Assembly (NCBI GenBank): GCA_050953065.1
Contig: JBMNLZ010000003.1
Span: 416,001-480,000, forward strand
Length of the DNA stretch: 64,000 nt
Source of the DNA: Bacilli bacterium
Lineage (GTDB): Bacteria; Bacillota_I; Bacilli_A; ML615J-28; CAG-698
Reading direction: 5' to 3'
Shown: piece after piece, positions 47,891 to 57,868 of the stretch
Layout: every line of letters starts with the position of its first letter
Numbering within the stretch: the first letter of the stretch is position 1
The notes under the pieces: generated by a model
Database searches by the model: none
What the model saw: only the letters and a program-made list of their open reading frames with translations
Told to the model about the DNA's origin: nothing
Made by a program: the position numbers and the translations under genes

Positions 47891-49054
47891 ATGACAGAAA
47901 AAGAAATAAAATCTATAATTAACAATCTAGAAGTAGACTCTTTTGAAAGAGAATTACTAAATAAAAAATTTGAATTAATAAGTTCTATTATAAAAAATAA
48001 TCTAAGTCCTTTATTCACTTTAAAAGATCTTGAGTTAGGTGAAAATATAGTTAGAAAAACAAACAACTCAAAAGATTTAACAGTTGAAGCCTTAATAGTT
48101 TTTTCTTTTAAAGATAAAGATGTAAAAGATTTAATTAACCTATGTTTAAATGAAATCGAAAATATTATTTTCTTAAATAAAGAAAATCAATTATTTAAAA
48201 ACTATACAAGAGACTATATAAATGCTTGTGCTTCTTTTAGTGATGATAAAGTAAATTATAATTTGTTTATTAGATTTAAAGAAAGTAATTTATTTAATTA
48301 TGAAGTTGAATTAAAAAAACTAAACCTTTTTAACGAATACCAAAATAAATATAGTTTATTTTCTAACACAATTAAATTTATTAGACACTATCAAAAAGAA
48401 GAAAACATCTCTGTTCTAACATATGAATTATTAGAATTTTTATTAATGTATGGTTTAAAAGAATATAATACTGTAAATAAATATAATGATTACCTAAATT
48501 CATTTATTAAAGCATTAGATGATTTACTAAATAATCACACTCTATCTTTTACAGAAGAAAAAACTATTTCAAAAAGTTTTTATGCTTATTCTCCAATTAC
48601 AAACGAAAACATAGCATCTCACATCAATCCAATCAATGTTAAAGAATTAAGATCTTTTAGAAAAACACTTAACTTTTTAATTGAAGCAAATGATGAAGAT
48701 GAAATTATTAATGCTCCACTTTTAACAATTGATGTTACACCAATTTATAATGAAAAAACAGATTCATATAGTTGGAGTTTTGAATTTCAAAACTACAATA
48801 TTAAAAATAGTGGTGGTGCTCATAAGAACAATCCTATTGAAATTAAAACAGCCATCTTAAAAGGTTTATTTAAAGCCTTAAAACTTGTTACTGATAGCGC
48901 TAATATTCAAACTAAAAATATCACTATTAAAGGAGCTAGTAATAATATCTTAAAATGTTTAGAAAAAAATGCTGAAGAATATGAAAATAATTCAAGAAGA
49001 AAAACTATTACTTCTTTAATTGAAGCGAATAATTTAAAAGTTAATTTTATATAA
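47891..49054 (+). CDS. Putative catalytically degenerate CD-NTase/OAS-like nucleotidyltransferase fused to an RNase H-like domain
   Basis: ATG 47891 after AAAGGAGG. By-eye match to the CdnC-type fold (FTLKDLELGENIVRKT...TVEALIVF; FSNTIKFIRHY; LTYELLEFLL; SPITNENIA) and a C-terminal TIDVT...WSF...SGG...AILKGL.KAL...ITIKGAS segment. Confidence 0.55.
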   Translation: MTEKEIKSIINNLEVDSFERELLNKKFELISSIIKNNLSPLFTLKDLELGENIVRKTNNSKDLTVEALIVFSFKDKDVKDLINLCLNEIENIIFLNKENQLFKNYTRDYINACASFSDDKVNYNLFIRFKESNLFNYEVELKKLNLFNEYQNKYSLFSNTIKFIRHYQKEENISVLTYELLEFLLMYGLKEYNTVNKYNDYLNSFIKALDDLLNNHTLSFTEEKTISKSFYAYSPITNENIASHINPINVKELRSFRKTLNFLIEANDEDEIINAPLLTIDVTPIYNEKTDSYSWSFEFQNYNIKNSGGAHKNNPIEIKTAILKGLFKALKLVTDSANIQTKNITIKGASNNILKCLEKNAEEYENNSRRKTITSLIEANNLKVNFI

Positions 49055-49063
49055 TTTTTTTTT

Positions 49064-49094
49064 AAAAAAAGGGGAATTTAAAATTTCCCTTTTT
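49064..49094. terminator. Bidirectional terminator between convergent genes
   Basis: AAAAGGGGAATTT-AAAATTTCCCTTTT. Confidence 0.65.
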
Positions 49095-49096
49095 AA

Positions 49097-50668
49097 CTAT
49101 CCAATTTCAATTTCTTTATGGATTTGATTACAATGCGGACAAATAAATTCAGCGTTTTGATTAATCTTAGTGATATTTCTAAAGTGTAGGGCTGAATCAA
49201 TTTGTTTTTTATAATAAACATCACTCATCTCTTTATAAGTAGACCTATATTGAATTTTCTTTTTAAAAGATTTTATATCTGTATAAAGATATATTTGATT
49301 TGTTACAGGACAAATGTTTTCTACTATTTGAGTCATACAGCGATTACATTGATAAATTTTGCGATACTTATCTTTATAAAGCTTTTCTCCACAAAAAGGA
49401 CAAACATCTCTTACAGCATCTGAATAAACCATTCCTCTTAAGATAATCTGTTGAATTCTTCTAAATGAATCAACCTCTTCAATACTAATAAATCCAAAAT
49501 CGCGTTTTAAATAATCATCTTCTAAAGGTGATATGATAATTACTTCATCAACACCTAAACTTGCTTTATATGCTTCTTTTGAACTAGCCACTTCAGTATT
49601 TGTTGTAAGTAGAATTTTATAATTTATATCTTTAAAGAAATTTAAAAATATTTCGTGTTTATCGTTTGCTGTAATATATAATTCCCAACTTTTAAAAATA
49701 GCTAAAATATTAAGAGCATTTATTTCAATTTTAGCTTTAGGTACTACTTGAAAATTAAAATGACCAACAGAAAAAATTGTTAAAACTTTTAAAAATGTAA
49801 AATAATTTTCCATTAATGTTTCATAATCAAGTGGTACTGCTTGATATTTAGCAAGTCTTTCATTACTTGTAATATATTTATATAATTTATAAACTTGAAG
49901 ATAATCTTTTTGTTTTAAAAATATATTAGTCTTTTTTAAAGTAACTTTAGTTTTTCTTTTTTTATTTTTTTGATAAACTGGTTTATTTAATTTAGAATTA
50001 ATAACCTTGCTCACTTGAGAAAGTTCAATTAATAATCTTTTTGAAATACTAATATATTGACCAAAATCTCTAATATATCCTGTATGTAGTTTTCCTAAAG
50101 CTAAAAAATAATTTACATGATTAACTTTATCAAGCAAACTATATTCAAGCAAGCTACTTGAATATAAAAGATTATTTAATATTTTTCTACTTCTATTAAC
50201 ATATGAAATAATCCAATCAATTAAATTACAAAATATTACATTCTCATAAATTCCATAATCATCTTCATAAATACGAGTTAATAATTTTGTAGGTTTAACT
50301 CCTCTTTCAGTAAAGTCTGAAACATATTGACTATGATTTGCAAGATGCAACAAAGTATTTTGATTGATAATCCTAACATTTTCAACTGGAAGCACATCAG
50401 AAGAATCTTTTAAAATAATAATTGGTTTATTAAAAATACGCTTTATTGAAGGTAGAGTTTTTTTGATCAATTGAATCATATTTTCTAATTCACTAAAATC
50501 AAGATTAGGTTCAACCGTAAATAATGTAATATCGCGCGCAATGCTATAATCAAATTCGATATATGACATACTTGGGTGTTTACCCATAAATGTTTGAATA
50601 TCTTGAAGTAATGAGGAAAAACGATAATATTCTTCATTACTTATTTTTTTGTTTCTTTTGATTATCAT
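49097..50668 (-). CDS. DUF2357/McrC-like partner protein with C-terminal Cys-rich zinc-ribbon region
   Basis: VLPVENVR.I...LLHLA.H, DDYGIYEN, FLK.KDY.QVY.L; CPFC, CNRC, CP, CPHC. ATG 50668 lies 1 nt after the upstream stop (alternative TTG at 50683). Confidence 0.72.
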   Translation of the reverse strand: MIIKRNKKISNEEYYRFSSLLQDIQTFMGKHPSMSYIEFDYSIARDITLFTVEPNLDFSELENMIQLIKKTLPSIKRIFNKPIIILKDSSDVLPVENVRIINQNTLLHLANHSQYVSDFTERGVKPTKLLTRIYEDDYGIYENVIFCNLIDWIISYVNRSRKILNNLLYSSSLLEYSLLDKVNHVNYFLALGKLHTGYIRDFGQYISISKRLLIELSQVSKVINSKLNKPVYQKNKKRKTKVTLKKTNIFLKQKDYLQVYKLYKYITSNERLAKYQAVPLDYETLMENYFTFLKVLTIFSVGHFNFQVVPKAKIEINALNILAIFKSWELYITANDKHEIFLNFFKDINYKILLTTNTEVASSKEAYKASLGVDEVIIISPLEDDYLKRDFGFISIEEVDSFRRIQQIILRGMVYSDAVRDVCPFCGEKLYKDKYRKIYQCNRCMTQIVENICPVTNQIYLYTDIKSFKKKIQYRSTYKEMSDVYYKKQIDSALHFRNITKINQNAEFICPHCNQIHKEIEIG

Positions 50669-50669
50669 A

Positions 50670-53357
50670 TTATTCGTTATCAAGTCGCCTTATAAAATCT
50701 GCGCATCGATATAATTTTAATTTTTCAAATTCTATTTGAAGTCCTTCTCTATCATCTATAGTTTTAAATTCTAATTTAGCAACAACTTTACTTAAAAGAA
50801 TTTTTTCAATTGCTTCATTCTCAACATTTTCTTGAGGAAAACAAGCTTTATAAATATTAACAAAATCTTCAATTTGTTTTAAAACACGGTTCCCAAAAGA
50901 AATATTATAAGGTGCAAGTAACATTTCAATATTTTGAATAAGTTCATTACTTTCAGCATCAAAAACACCATTCATTTTAGCAACTTCTAATAAATTATTA
51001 ATTGTTTCATAATCATAGAATTCTTGAGGAATCGGCTTTGTATAATTACGCACCTTTGATGCACGCCTTATGAAATTCATAGTTTGAGCTCTATCATATA
51101 CTTTATCAGAAATCGCAAACGTTGTTTCATCTAGGTTAGCAGTCCCTACAAACCAAACGTTTGGTGATACTTTTAAAGTATGTCCATCTTCTAAGGCTTT
51201 ATATTCAATTTCTTTTCCATTTTCTCTTCTTGATAATTTAACATTACTAAATTTTAATTTTCTTTCATTTTCTTCATGTTCCATTAATGAAATAAAATCA
51301 GAGAAATAATATTCAATTCGAGAAAGGTTTATTTCATCAAGTAAAATGAAAGTAAAAATTTCAGGATTTAAGGCAGCTTTATATAAAGCAAGAGTAAATT
51401 TCTTAGGAGTATATTTCATTGAGAATTCATTATAATAACCTAATAATTCATTTTTATCTTTCCAAGAAGATTCAACCTCAACAATATCACAATTAGCAAA
51501 AATCGCTTCAGCAAAGATTTTTGGTAAACTAGTCTTACCAGTCCCAGACATCCCTTGAAGAATTGATAATTTACTAGCACCAAGTCCTGCCACAAACGTT
51601 GCAATATCTTCTCTTGTGTAAGATAAATGAAGGCGAGAGTTTCTAGCATATTCAATAATAAAATAAACTAGTCCACCTAAAGTTGCATTCTTTGTTTTAT
51701 AAGTTTGGCGCATCTCTAAATCGCTTTGGAAATATGGTATTTTTTTATCAAGTTCAGTAAAGGCAACACATGGATCAAAATTTACTAAACCTTGATCATC
51801 CATTTGAAGAGTTGAAGTAGAACTTCCACCACCTAAATCAGCTAATGTTTCTAAGTTATCTGTTACTAAACTTAATTGGTCTCTATCAAATGCTTTTCTT
51901 AAAAACATAACAACGATAATTACAGTTGCAGCAATAAGTAAATATATCGCATCTGTTCTAATAAAATATTCAAAATCAGAAACATATGAAGGTACAGGAA
52001 CTTCATAATAAGCAAAAATATCTAATACTACTGCTTTATCAATTTGATGTCCAACTTGAAAATATAAACCAGAAACGCTTAACATAAAAACAAAGAAAAG
52101 ATTTAAGGCTGATACAGTTTTAACAATGCGATCAAAATAACGATATTTTGCAAAATAACTTGATATAACAATTACTAATCCAACACTTGATGCAATCAAC
52201 ATCACTATTAGAATAAAAGCAATAAAACGATATCCTGCTTCTAATTTTGCATAGTCTTGTAAAATATTTAATCCAGTCATCGTAACAAAATCACTATATT
52301 CACCTGATGAAAGTTGGATTTTAATAATATTTAAAAATAGTGTTAATCCAGTAATGATTGTTAAAAGAATAACATATATTAAAGGCTCAACTTTAAAGAA
52401 CTTATCTTTTTCTTCATTTTCATCTGGTACATCATAAACACGATACTGTCCAATATTAATAGATAATACTATTGATAATATTCCCATTAATATTGGTGGA
52501 ATATAAGCTTTAGTAGAAGTAATATCACCAATTAAAGTATGGAAGACACTTAAACCTAAACCTGTAATAAAAAATACTAAAACAATTATAAAAACAATTG
52601 TAATAAGTTCTTTTGATTTTTTTATAAAGCTTGCTCTATTATAAAAATATAGAGAAATACAATTATAAAAATTAAATAATGTAACTAATGTTAAAACTAA
52701 ATTAACAAAGAAACTAATAATAACTCCAATATTAGCTTCTTCAGCTAATATCACATTTATCATAATCATCGAATATGTATCTTCCCCAATTTTAATTGAA
52801 TATAGAGGAATTAAAAATAACGAGATTAAAATCATCATTGCGATAATATCTATAATTAAAACTGTAAATGGAATTCTAGTAAGGAAAACTTTTTTATCTA
52901 ATTCTTTAGTTTTTGAAGTATCATCTTCACCAAATATTTTTTCTTTATAAGCATATAAAAAGCCCATTCCAACAGCAATTACAAAACTAAATAAAATTAA
53001 AAATATTTGAAAACCAGTCATACACTTATAAATTATTTGAAATACAAGAAATAAAGTTTGAAATATAACAGTATAAACAATCCCTGAAATTAATGCTTTA
53101 TTTTTTTGTTTTATAAGTAGACTTACTCCCGCATATGCAATTAAGATAAGCGAAACAAAAAACATCAGCTTCAATAAAAACGCAAAAATATTAAGTGTTT
53201 CATCTGATGGGACTTGTTTAGAGAAAGCCCAAATACTTTCATCAAATGGACTGGCAAGTGAAATTGTTAAAAGTAAAATATTGAAAAGGCAAACCAAGAC
53301 CATTAAACCTATTATTATAACTGGTATGCTCCATTGTTTTTTAAAAAAATCTTTCAT
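50670..53357 (-). CDS. McrB-family AAA+ GTPase fused to a polytopic (about 12 TM) membrane domain
   Basis: About 490-aa hydrophobic N-region; GMSGTGKT (Walker A), VESSW.D..ELLGYYN, ILLDEINLSRIEYYFSDF (Walker B), GTANLDET (NxD), DKVYDRA. Confidence 0.82.
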   Translation of the reverse strand: MKDFFKKQWSIPVIIIGLMVLVCLFNILLLTISLASPFDESIWAFSKQVPSDETLNIFAFLLKLMFFVSLILIAYAGVSLLIKQKNKALISGIVYTVIFQTLFLVFQIIYKCMTGFQIFLILFSFVIAVGMGFLYAYKEKIFGEDDTSKTKELDKKVFLTRIPFTVLIIDIIAMMILISLFLIPLYSIKIGEDTYSMIMINVILAEEANIGVIISFFVNLVLTLVTLFNFYNCISLYFYNRASFIKKSKELITIVFIIVLVFFITGLGLSVFHTLIGDITSTKAYIPPILMGILSIVLSINIGQYRVYDVPDENEEKDKFFKVEPLIYVILLTIITGLTLFLNIIKIQLSSGEYSDFVTMTGLNILQDYAKLEAGYRFIAFILIVMLIASSVGLVIVISSYFAKYRYFDRIVKTVSALNLFFVFMLSVSGLYFQVGHQIDKAVVLDIFAYYEVPVPSYVSDFEYFIRTDAIYLLIAATVIIVVMFLRKAFDRDQLSLVTDNLETLADLGGGSSTSTLQMDDQGLVNFDPCVAFTELDKKIPYFQSDLEMRQTYKTKNATLGGLVYFIIEYARNSRLHLSYTREDIATFVAGLGASKLSILQGMSGTGKTSLPKIFAEAIFANCDIVEVESSWKDKNELLGYYNEFSMKYTPKKFTLALYKAALNPEIFTFILLDEINLSRIEYYFSDFISLMEHEENERKLKFSNVKLSRRENGKEIEYKALEDGHTLKVSPNVWFVGTANLDETTFAISDKVYDRAQTMNFIRRASKVRNYTKPIPQEFYDYETINNLLEVAKMNGVFDAESNELIQNIEMLLAPYNISFGNRVLKQIEDFVNIYKACFPQENVENEAIEKILLSKVVAKLEFKTIDDREGLQIEFEKLKLYRCADFIRRLDNE

Positions 53358-53534
53358 ACTTCTTTCCTTTCCTGTTATAAAAAATTTATAACTATTAATA
53401 AAAGTATTTTTAAGAGTTTAAAAAAGGATTTCCTATTTATTCATATTTTTAGCTTTTGCTATAATTTTTTTTAAAATGAGGAAATCCTTTTTAATATAAT
53501 CTTTAATTAACTATAGAAAAAATAAATCAAAAAA

Positions 53535-53795
53535 CTAATTTTCTTCTTCTTTTATTTCTATAATTTCATACATTGAAGTAGCATCAGCTGCTTTTGTATT
53601 TGGATTTAAATCTTTAACTTTAATAGTTAAAATTTTTTTATAATAATAAATACTAATTATATCACCAATTTTTAATCTTAAAGATGGTTTAGCAATTTTA
53701 GAGTTAACAGCAATTCTTTCATTAACACTAGAATCGTGTGCTACTTTTCTTCTTTTTATAATTCTAGATACTTTTAAATATTTATCAAGTCTCAT
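53535..53795 (-). CDS. yabO: S4-domain RNA-binding protein (YabO/RqcP)
   Basis: [30 protein letters not shown]. Confidence 0.88.
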   Translation of the reverse strand: MRLDKYLKVSRIIKRRKVAHDSSVNERIAVNSKIAKPSLRLKIGDIISIYYYKKILTIKVKDLNPNTKAADATSMYEIIEIKEEEN

Positions 53796-55903
53796 TACTT
53801 CTTATCAGTTTTAGATTCTTTTGAATCCTTTTTTATTTCTTCTTTTTCAGGTGCTTTTTTAACTGATTTCTTTTGAGGTGTTTTTGTTTCTTTTACTTCA
53901 GGTTCTTCCTTTTCTTCTTTAGATGCTTCTAAAGAGACCTTCTTAGCTTCTTCTTGAGCTGCTTTTAATTTCTCTTCAAGAATTTTATTTAATTCTTGTT
54001 CTTTTTCTTTAGCTATCTTTTCAGCTTCAACTCTTTCTTTTTTCTTTTCCCACCAAGAAAGTTTTCCTTTATCTACTAATTCATAGATATCTTCTTTATT
54101 AAGAGTTTCAATTTCCATTAAATGATCAGCAATCAAAATAAGTAAAGCTTTATTTTCAGTTAAAACTTTCTTACCTCTATTATAACATTCATCAATGATT
54201 GTTCTAACAGCATGGTCAATTTCAAAAGCAACTTGATCTGAGAAATTCTTATCAGTCATATAATCACGACCTAAGAAAACTGATTGTGATTGACGTTCAT
54301 ATTGAATTGGACCTAAATCACTCATTCCATATTCTGTAACCATAGCACGAGCAATTTGAGTTGCTTTTCTAAAGTCATCATGTGCACCTGTTGTTATTTC
54401 AGATGTCATAAGCTCTTCAGCAATTCTTCCACCTAAAAGTCCTGTAATAGTATCTAATAATCCTTGTTTAGTTTGTAAGAAACGTTCTTCTTCTGGAGTC
54501 ATCATTGAATATCCTCCAGCCATTCCACGAGGAACAATTGTTACTTTTTGAACAATTGCAGCACTCTTTAATTTAATACCTAAAATTGCATGACCTGATT
54601 CATGATATGAAACCAATCTTTTTTCTTCATCTGAATATTTTCTACTCTTCTTAGCTGGTCCCATTAAAACTCTATCGATTGCTTCATCGATATCATAAAT
54701 TTTAATTTCTTTACGATTTTCTCTTGCAGCAAGAAGAGCAGCTTCGTTAAGTAAGTTTTCCAAATCAGCACCACTAAAACCTGGAGTTCTTTTAGCAATA
54801 TCTTCAAAATTAATTGAAGAAGAAATTTTTTTATTTCTAGCATGAACATGTAATATTGCTTCTCTACCTCTTACATCAGGATTTGAAATAACTATTTGTC
54901 TATCAAATCTTCCCGGTCTAAGTAGGGCAGGGTCAAGTACGTCTGGTCTATTAGTTGCAGCAATTATAATAATTCCACTATTATCAGAAAAACCATCCAT
55001 CTCAGCTAATAATTGGTTTAGAGTTTGTTCTCTTTCATCGTGTCCTCCACCAAGCCCTGCTCCTCTTTGACGACCTACAGCATCAATTTCATCAATAAAG
55101 ATTAAGCAAGGTGCATTTCTTTTAGCAACCTTAAACATATCTCTAACTCTACTTGCTCCAACTCCAACAAACATCTCAACAAAATCAGATCCTGAAATTG
55201 AATAAAAAGGTACATTAGCTTCTCCTGCTACAGCTCTTGCAAGTAATGTTTTACCAGTCCCAGGAGGCCCTGATAATAAAATTCCTTTTGGAATTCTTGC
55301 ACCAATTTCAAAATATTTTTTAGGTGACTTTAAAAAGTCAATTATTTCTTCTAATTCTTGTTTTTCTTCATCACATCCAGCAACATCTTTAAAAGTTGTA
55401 GTTTTCTTTGTAGTTAACATTGCTCTGTTTTTTCCAAACTCAAAAGCTCTGTTATTACTCTTGCCAGCACTTTTCATGATGAAGACCATTACACCAACTA
55501 TTAAAATTAGTGGTAAGATTGCGAAGAAGAATATCGATAACCAATCAACATTCTTAACGCCTCTATTTTCAAAAATATAACTTGCTCCATATGAATCTTC
55601 TTCAATTCTATATTTTAATTCTTCACCTATAACAACATGAAATTTTCTTTCAGCACCACCAGATTTATAAATACCATTTATATTATATAACTTTTGGTTA
55701 GCACCATCTCCATAAGGAGTAGCTGTAATTTCAGTAACATTGTCTGCTTCTAAAATTTCTAAGAAACGACCTACAGTTAACTCTTCTGGTTTTGCTGTTA
55801 AATTTGAGAAGAAATAAATTATTGAAGCAGCCATTAAGACCATTACAATAATTAATATTATATTGTTTTTCTTAGGAGCTTTAGTTTGTTTACTATTTGC
55901 CAT
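53795..55903 (-). CDS. ftsH: ATP-dependent zinc metalloprotease FtsH
   Basis: Two TM helices, [30 protein letters not shown]. Confidence 0.97.
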   Translation of the reverse strand: MANSKQTKAPKKNNIILIIVMVLMAASIIYFFSNLTAKPEELTVGRFLEILEADNVTEITATPYGDGANQKLYNINGIYKSGGAERKFHVVIGEELKYRIEEDSYGASYIFENRGVKNVDWLSIFFFAILPLILIVGVMVFIMKSAGKSNNRAFEFGKNRAMLTTKKTTTFKDVAGCDEEKQELEEIIDFLKSPKKYFEIGARIPKGILLSGPPGTGKTLLARAVAGEANVPFYSISGSDFVEMFVGVGASRVRDMFKVAKRNAPCLIFIDEIDAVGRQRGAGLGGGHDEREQTLNQLLAEMDGFSDNSGIIIIAATNRPDVLDPALLRPGRFDRQIVISNPDVRGREAILHVHARNKKISSSINFEDIAKRTPGFSGADLENLLNEAALLAARENRKEIKIYDIDEAIDRVLMGPAKKSRKYSDEEKRLVSYHESGHAILGIKLKSAAIVQKVTIVPRGMAGGYSMMTPEEERFLQTKQGLLDTITGLLGGRIAEELMTSEITTGAHDDFRKATQIARAMVTEYGMSDLGPIQYERQSQSVFLGRDYMTDKNFSDQVAFEIDHAVRTIIDECYNRGKKVLTENKALLILIADHLMEIETLNKEDIYELVDKGKLSWWEKKKERVEAEKIAKEKEQELNKILEEKLKAAQEEAKKVSLEASKEEKEEPEVKETKTPQKKSVKKAPEKEEIKKDSKESKTDKK

Positions 55904-55906
55904 CCT

Positions 55907-56458
55907 TTATTCTCCTTTTGTATAAACTTTCTCATCTAAAACACCTACATAAGGTAGGTTTCTATATAACCCATTATAATCAAGTCCAAAGCCAACTACG
56001 AATTCATTAGGAATTTCAACTCCTAAATATTTAATTTCTAAATCCTTAACTAATCTTCTACCAGGCTTATTTAATAATGCCGCAATTTCAATTGATTTAA
56101 CTTTTCTTTGTTTTAATAAATTAATAACATAAGCAACTGTAATACCTGTATCAATAATATCTTCAATTAAAATAATATCTCTGTCTTTTAAATCTTGAGT
56201 AATATCTTTTTCAACTCTAACATTACCAGTAGTATTAACACCCTCATAACTTGAAACATCAATAAAGTCCATTTCAACTTCACATGTTATATGTTTAATT
56301 AACTCAGCCATAAAAGGAACACAACCAGTTAAAAGACCAACTAACAGTGGTCTTTTACCTTCATAGTCTTTTGAAATTTGTTTTCCCATACGCTTTGATA
56401 ATTTAACTATTTGTTTTAAATCAAGTAAAATTCTTGAAACATCTGGATCTTTTTTCAT
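55907..56458 (-). CDS. hpt: Hypoxanthine phosphoribosyltransferase
   Basis: VSSY, LIEDIIDTG, FVVGFGLDY...YRNLP; tilS-hpt-ftsH synteny. Confidence 0.95.
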   Translation of the reverse strand: MKKDPDVSRILLDLKQIVKLSKRMGKQISKDYEGKRPLLVGLLTGCVPFMAELIKHITCEVEMDFIDVSSYEGVNTTGNVRVEKDITQDLKDRDIILIEDIIDTGITVAYVINLLKQRKVKSIEIAALLNKPGRRLVKDLEIKYLGVEIPNEFVVGFGLDYNGLYRNLPYVGVLDEKVYTKGE

Positions 56459-57765
56459 ACATTCTCCTTAAACTCTATTAAACAGTCCATTTCTTTTATA
56501 TCTTTTAATTTACTACTTTTTTGATATCCTACAACAAGTAAAATCTCTTCTGTTTTATTGTCTACTACAACCAAAGCATTTTCTCTATCTAGATAACCTA
56601 CCTTTAAATCAATAAATAATTTCTTTAAAGTTTTAGTTCCACTAGCAGTAGAAATCCTATCTCCTATTTCTTTATTTCTAACAGTTAAATCTAAACTATC
56701 AATATTATAACACAAATTAAATAAATTACTATTAAAATTACAATTTTTTTTAGTAACTAAAACATCATATTTTCCAACTGAAGAATATTCTTTTATACTA
56801 TCAATTTTTAAATTAATTTTATTAATTACTAAATTATTTTTAAAAAAATATATATCTTCATATTCTTTTAAAATTGTAAAGTTTAAATAATCTACTTTTA
56901 AATTAGCTTTTTTAGTATTTAGGATTTTAATAATCTCATTAATATTTTGTTTACTTAATTCTTTTTCTTTTAATAAAGAAAATAATAACTCCTCTTTAAA
57001 TTCTTTTTCTAAACTATTAAAACTACTTAATTTAAAACTAAAATATTCATTTGTTTTAAAAACATTTTTTTCTATAAATTCATCGATTTTTGAAACTAAT
57101 AATTTATTCAAAAAACTTAAAGTATTAGAAAACTCTAAAAACCTTTCATGAGCTTTAGAGTTTTCTTTAACCAGACTTGGAATAACATTTTTTCTAATTC
57201 TATTCCTTTCATAAAACTCTTCGCTATTAGTTTTATCTTCAAAATAAATTAAATTTTCTTTTAAAGCATAATTTTTAATTTCTTTTTTAGAAAACTCTAA
57301 TAATGGTCTTACTAAATAAATGTCTTTAAAAGGTGTTATTTCTTTCATCCCACTAATCGCCTCAATACTAGCACCTCTTAAGATTCTCATTAGAATAGTT
57401 TCTATTTGATCATCAGCATGATGAGCCAGACATAAATATTTAATATTCATCTTTTTCATTACTTCTAAATAATATTCATAGCGTAATTTTCTTGCTTCAG
57501 CTTGAAAGTTAGCTTCACTTTCAAACTCTAACCTTTTAACAAAACACTTGATATCTTTCTTCTTACAAAAATCCTTTATAAATTCTTCTTCTTTAAAAGA
57601 TTCAATTCGTTTTTGATGGTTTAAATGGATTACTACTAAATCTAGTTTTAATTTAATTAAAATATCAAGTAAAACCATTGAGTCAATTCCAGTTGAAACT
57701 GCAACGGCTAACTTTTCATTTATTAAATTTTTTTCTTTTAAATTTTTTAAAACTTTTTCTTTCAT
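56455..57765 (-). CDS. tilS: tRNA(Ile)-lysidine synthase
   Basis: AVSTGIDS PP-loop, ARKLRY, AHHADDQIET, VRPLL, RNRIR. Confidence 0.93.
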   Translation of the reverse strand: MKEKVLKNLKEKNLINEKLAVAVSTGIDSMVLLDILIKLKLDLVVIHLNHQKRIESFKEEEFIKDFCKKKDIKCFVKRLEFESEANFQAEARKLRYEYYLEVMKKMNIKYLCLAHHADDQIETILMRILRGASIEAISGMKEITPFKDIYLVRPLLEFSKKEIKNYALKENLIYFEDKTNSEEFYERNRIRKNVIPSLVKENSKAHERFLEFSNTLSFLNKLLVSKIDEFIEKNVFKTNEYFSFKLSSFNSLEKEFKEELLFSLLKEKELSKQNINEIIKILNTKKANLKVDYLNFTILKEYEDIYFFKNNLVINKINLKIDSIKEYSSVGKYDVLVTKKNCNFNSNLFNLCYNIDSLDLTVRNKEIGDRISTASGTKTLKKLFIDLKVGYLDRENALVVVDNKTEEILLVVGYQKSSKLKDIKEMDCLIEFKENV

Positions 57766-57833
57766 ATTACTTACCTTTTTTAAAAGTCGGTATTACTATT
57801 ATATAACTAATAATACTTTTCTTCAAGAAAAGA

Positions 57834-57864
57834 ATAAACCTTAAAAGCGACTTTTAAGGTTTAT
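57834..57864 (-). terminator. Terminator after ddh
   Basis: ATAAACCTTAAAAG-CGA-CTTTTAAGGTTTAT. Confidence 0.7.
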
Positions 57865-57868
57865 ATTT

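Noticed and set aside
47891-49054. Functional CBASS operon
   Set aside because: NTase catalytic residues are absent and no Cap effector, HORMA/TRIP13 or E1/E2 gene is adjacent; kept only as a pseudo-enzyme finding.
3939-54849. Other short track ORFs nested in or antisense to long genes (e.g. 3939, 11064, 12552, 22825, 28576, 35269, 37738, 44031, 47198, 51440, 54664)
   Set aside because: They overlap well-supported genes and lack an RBS or any motif.
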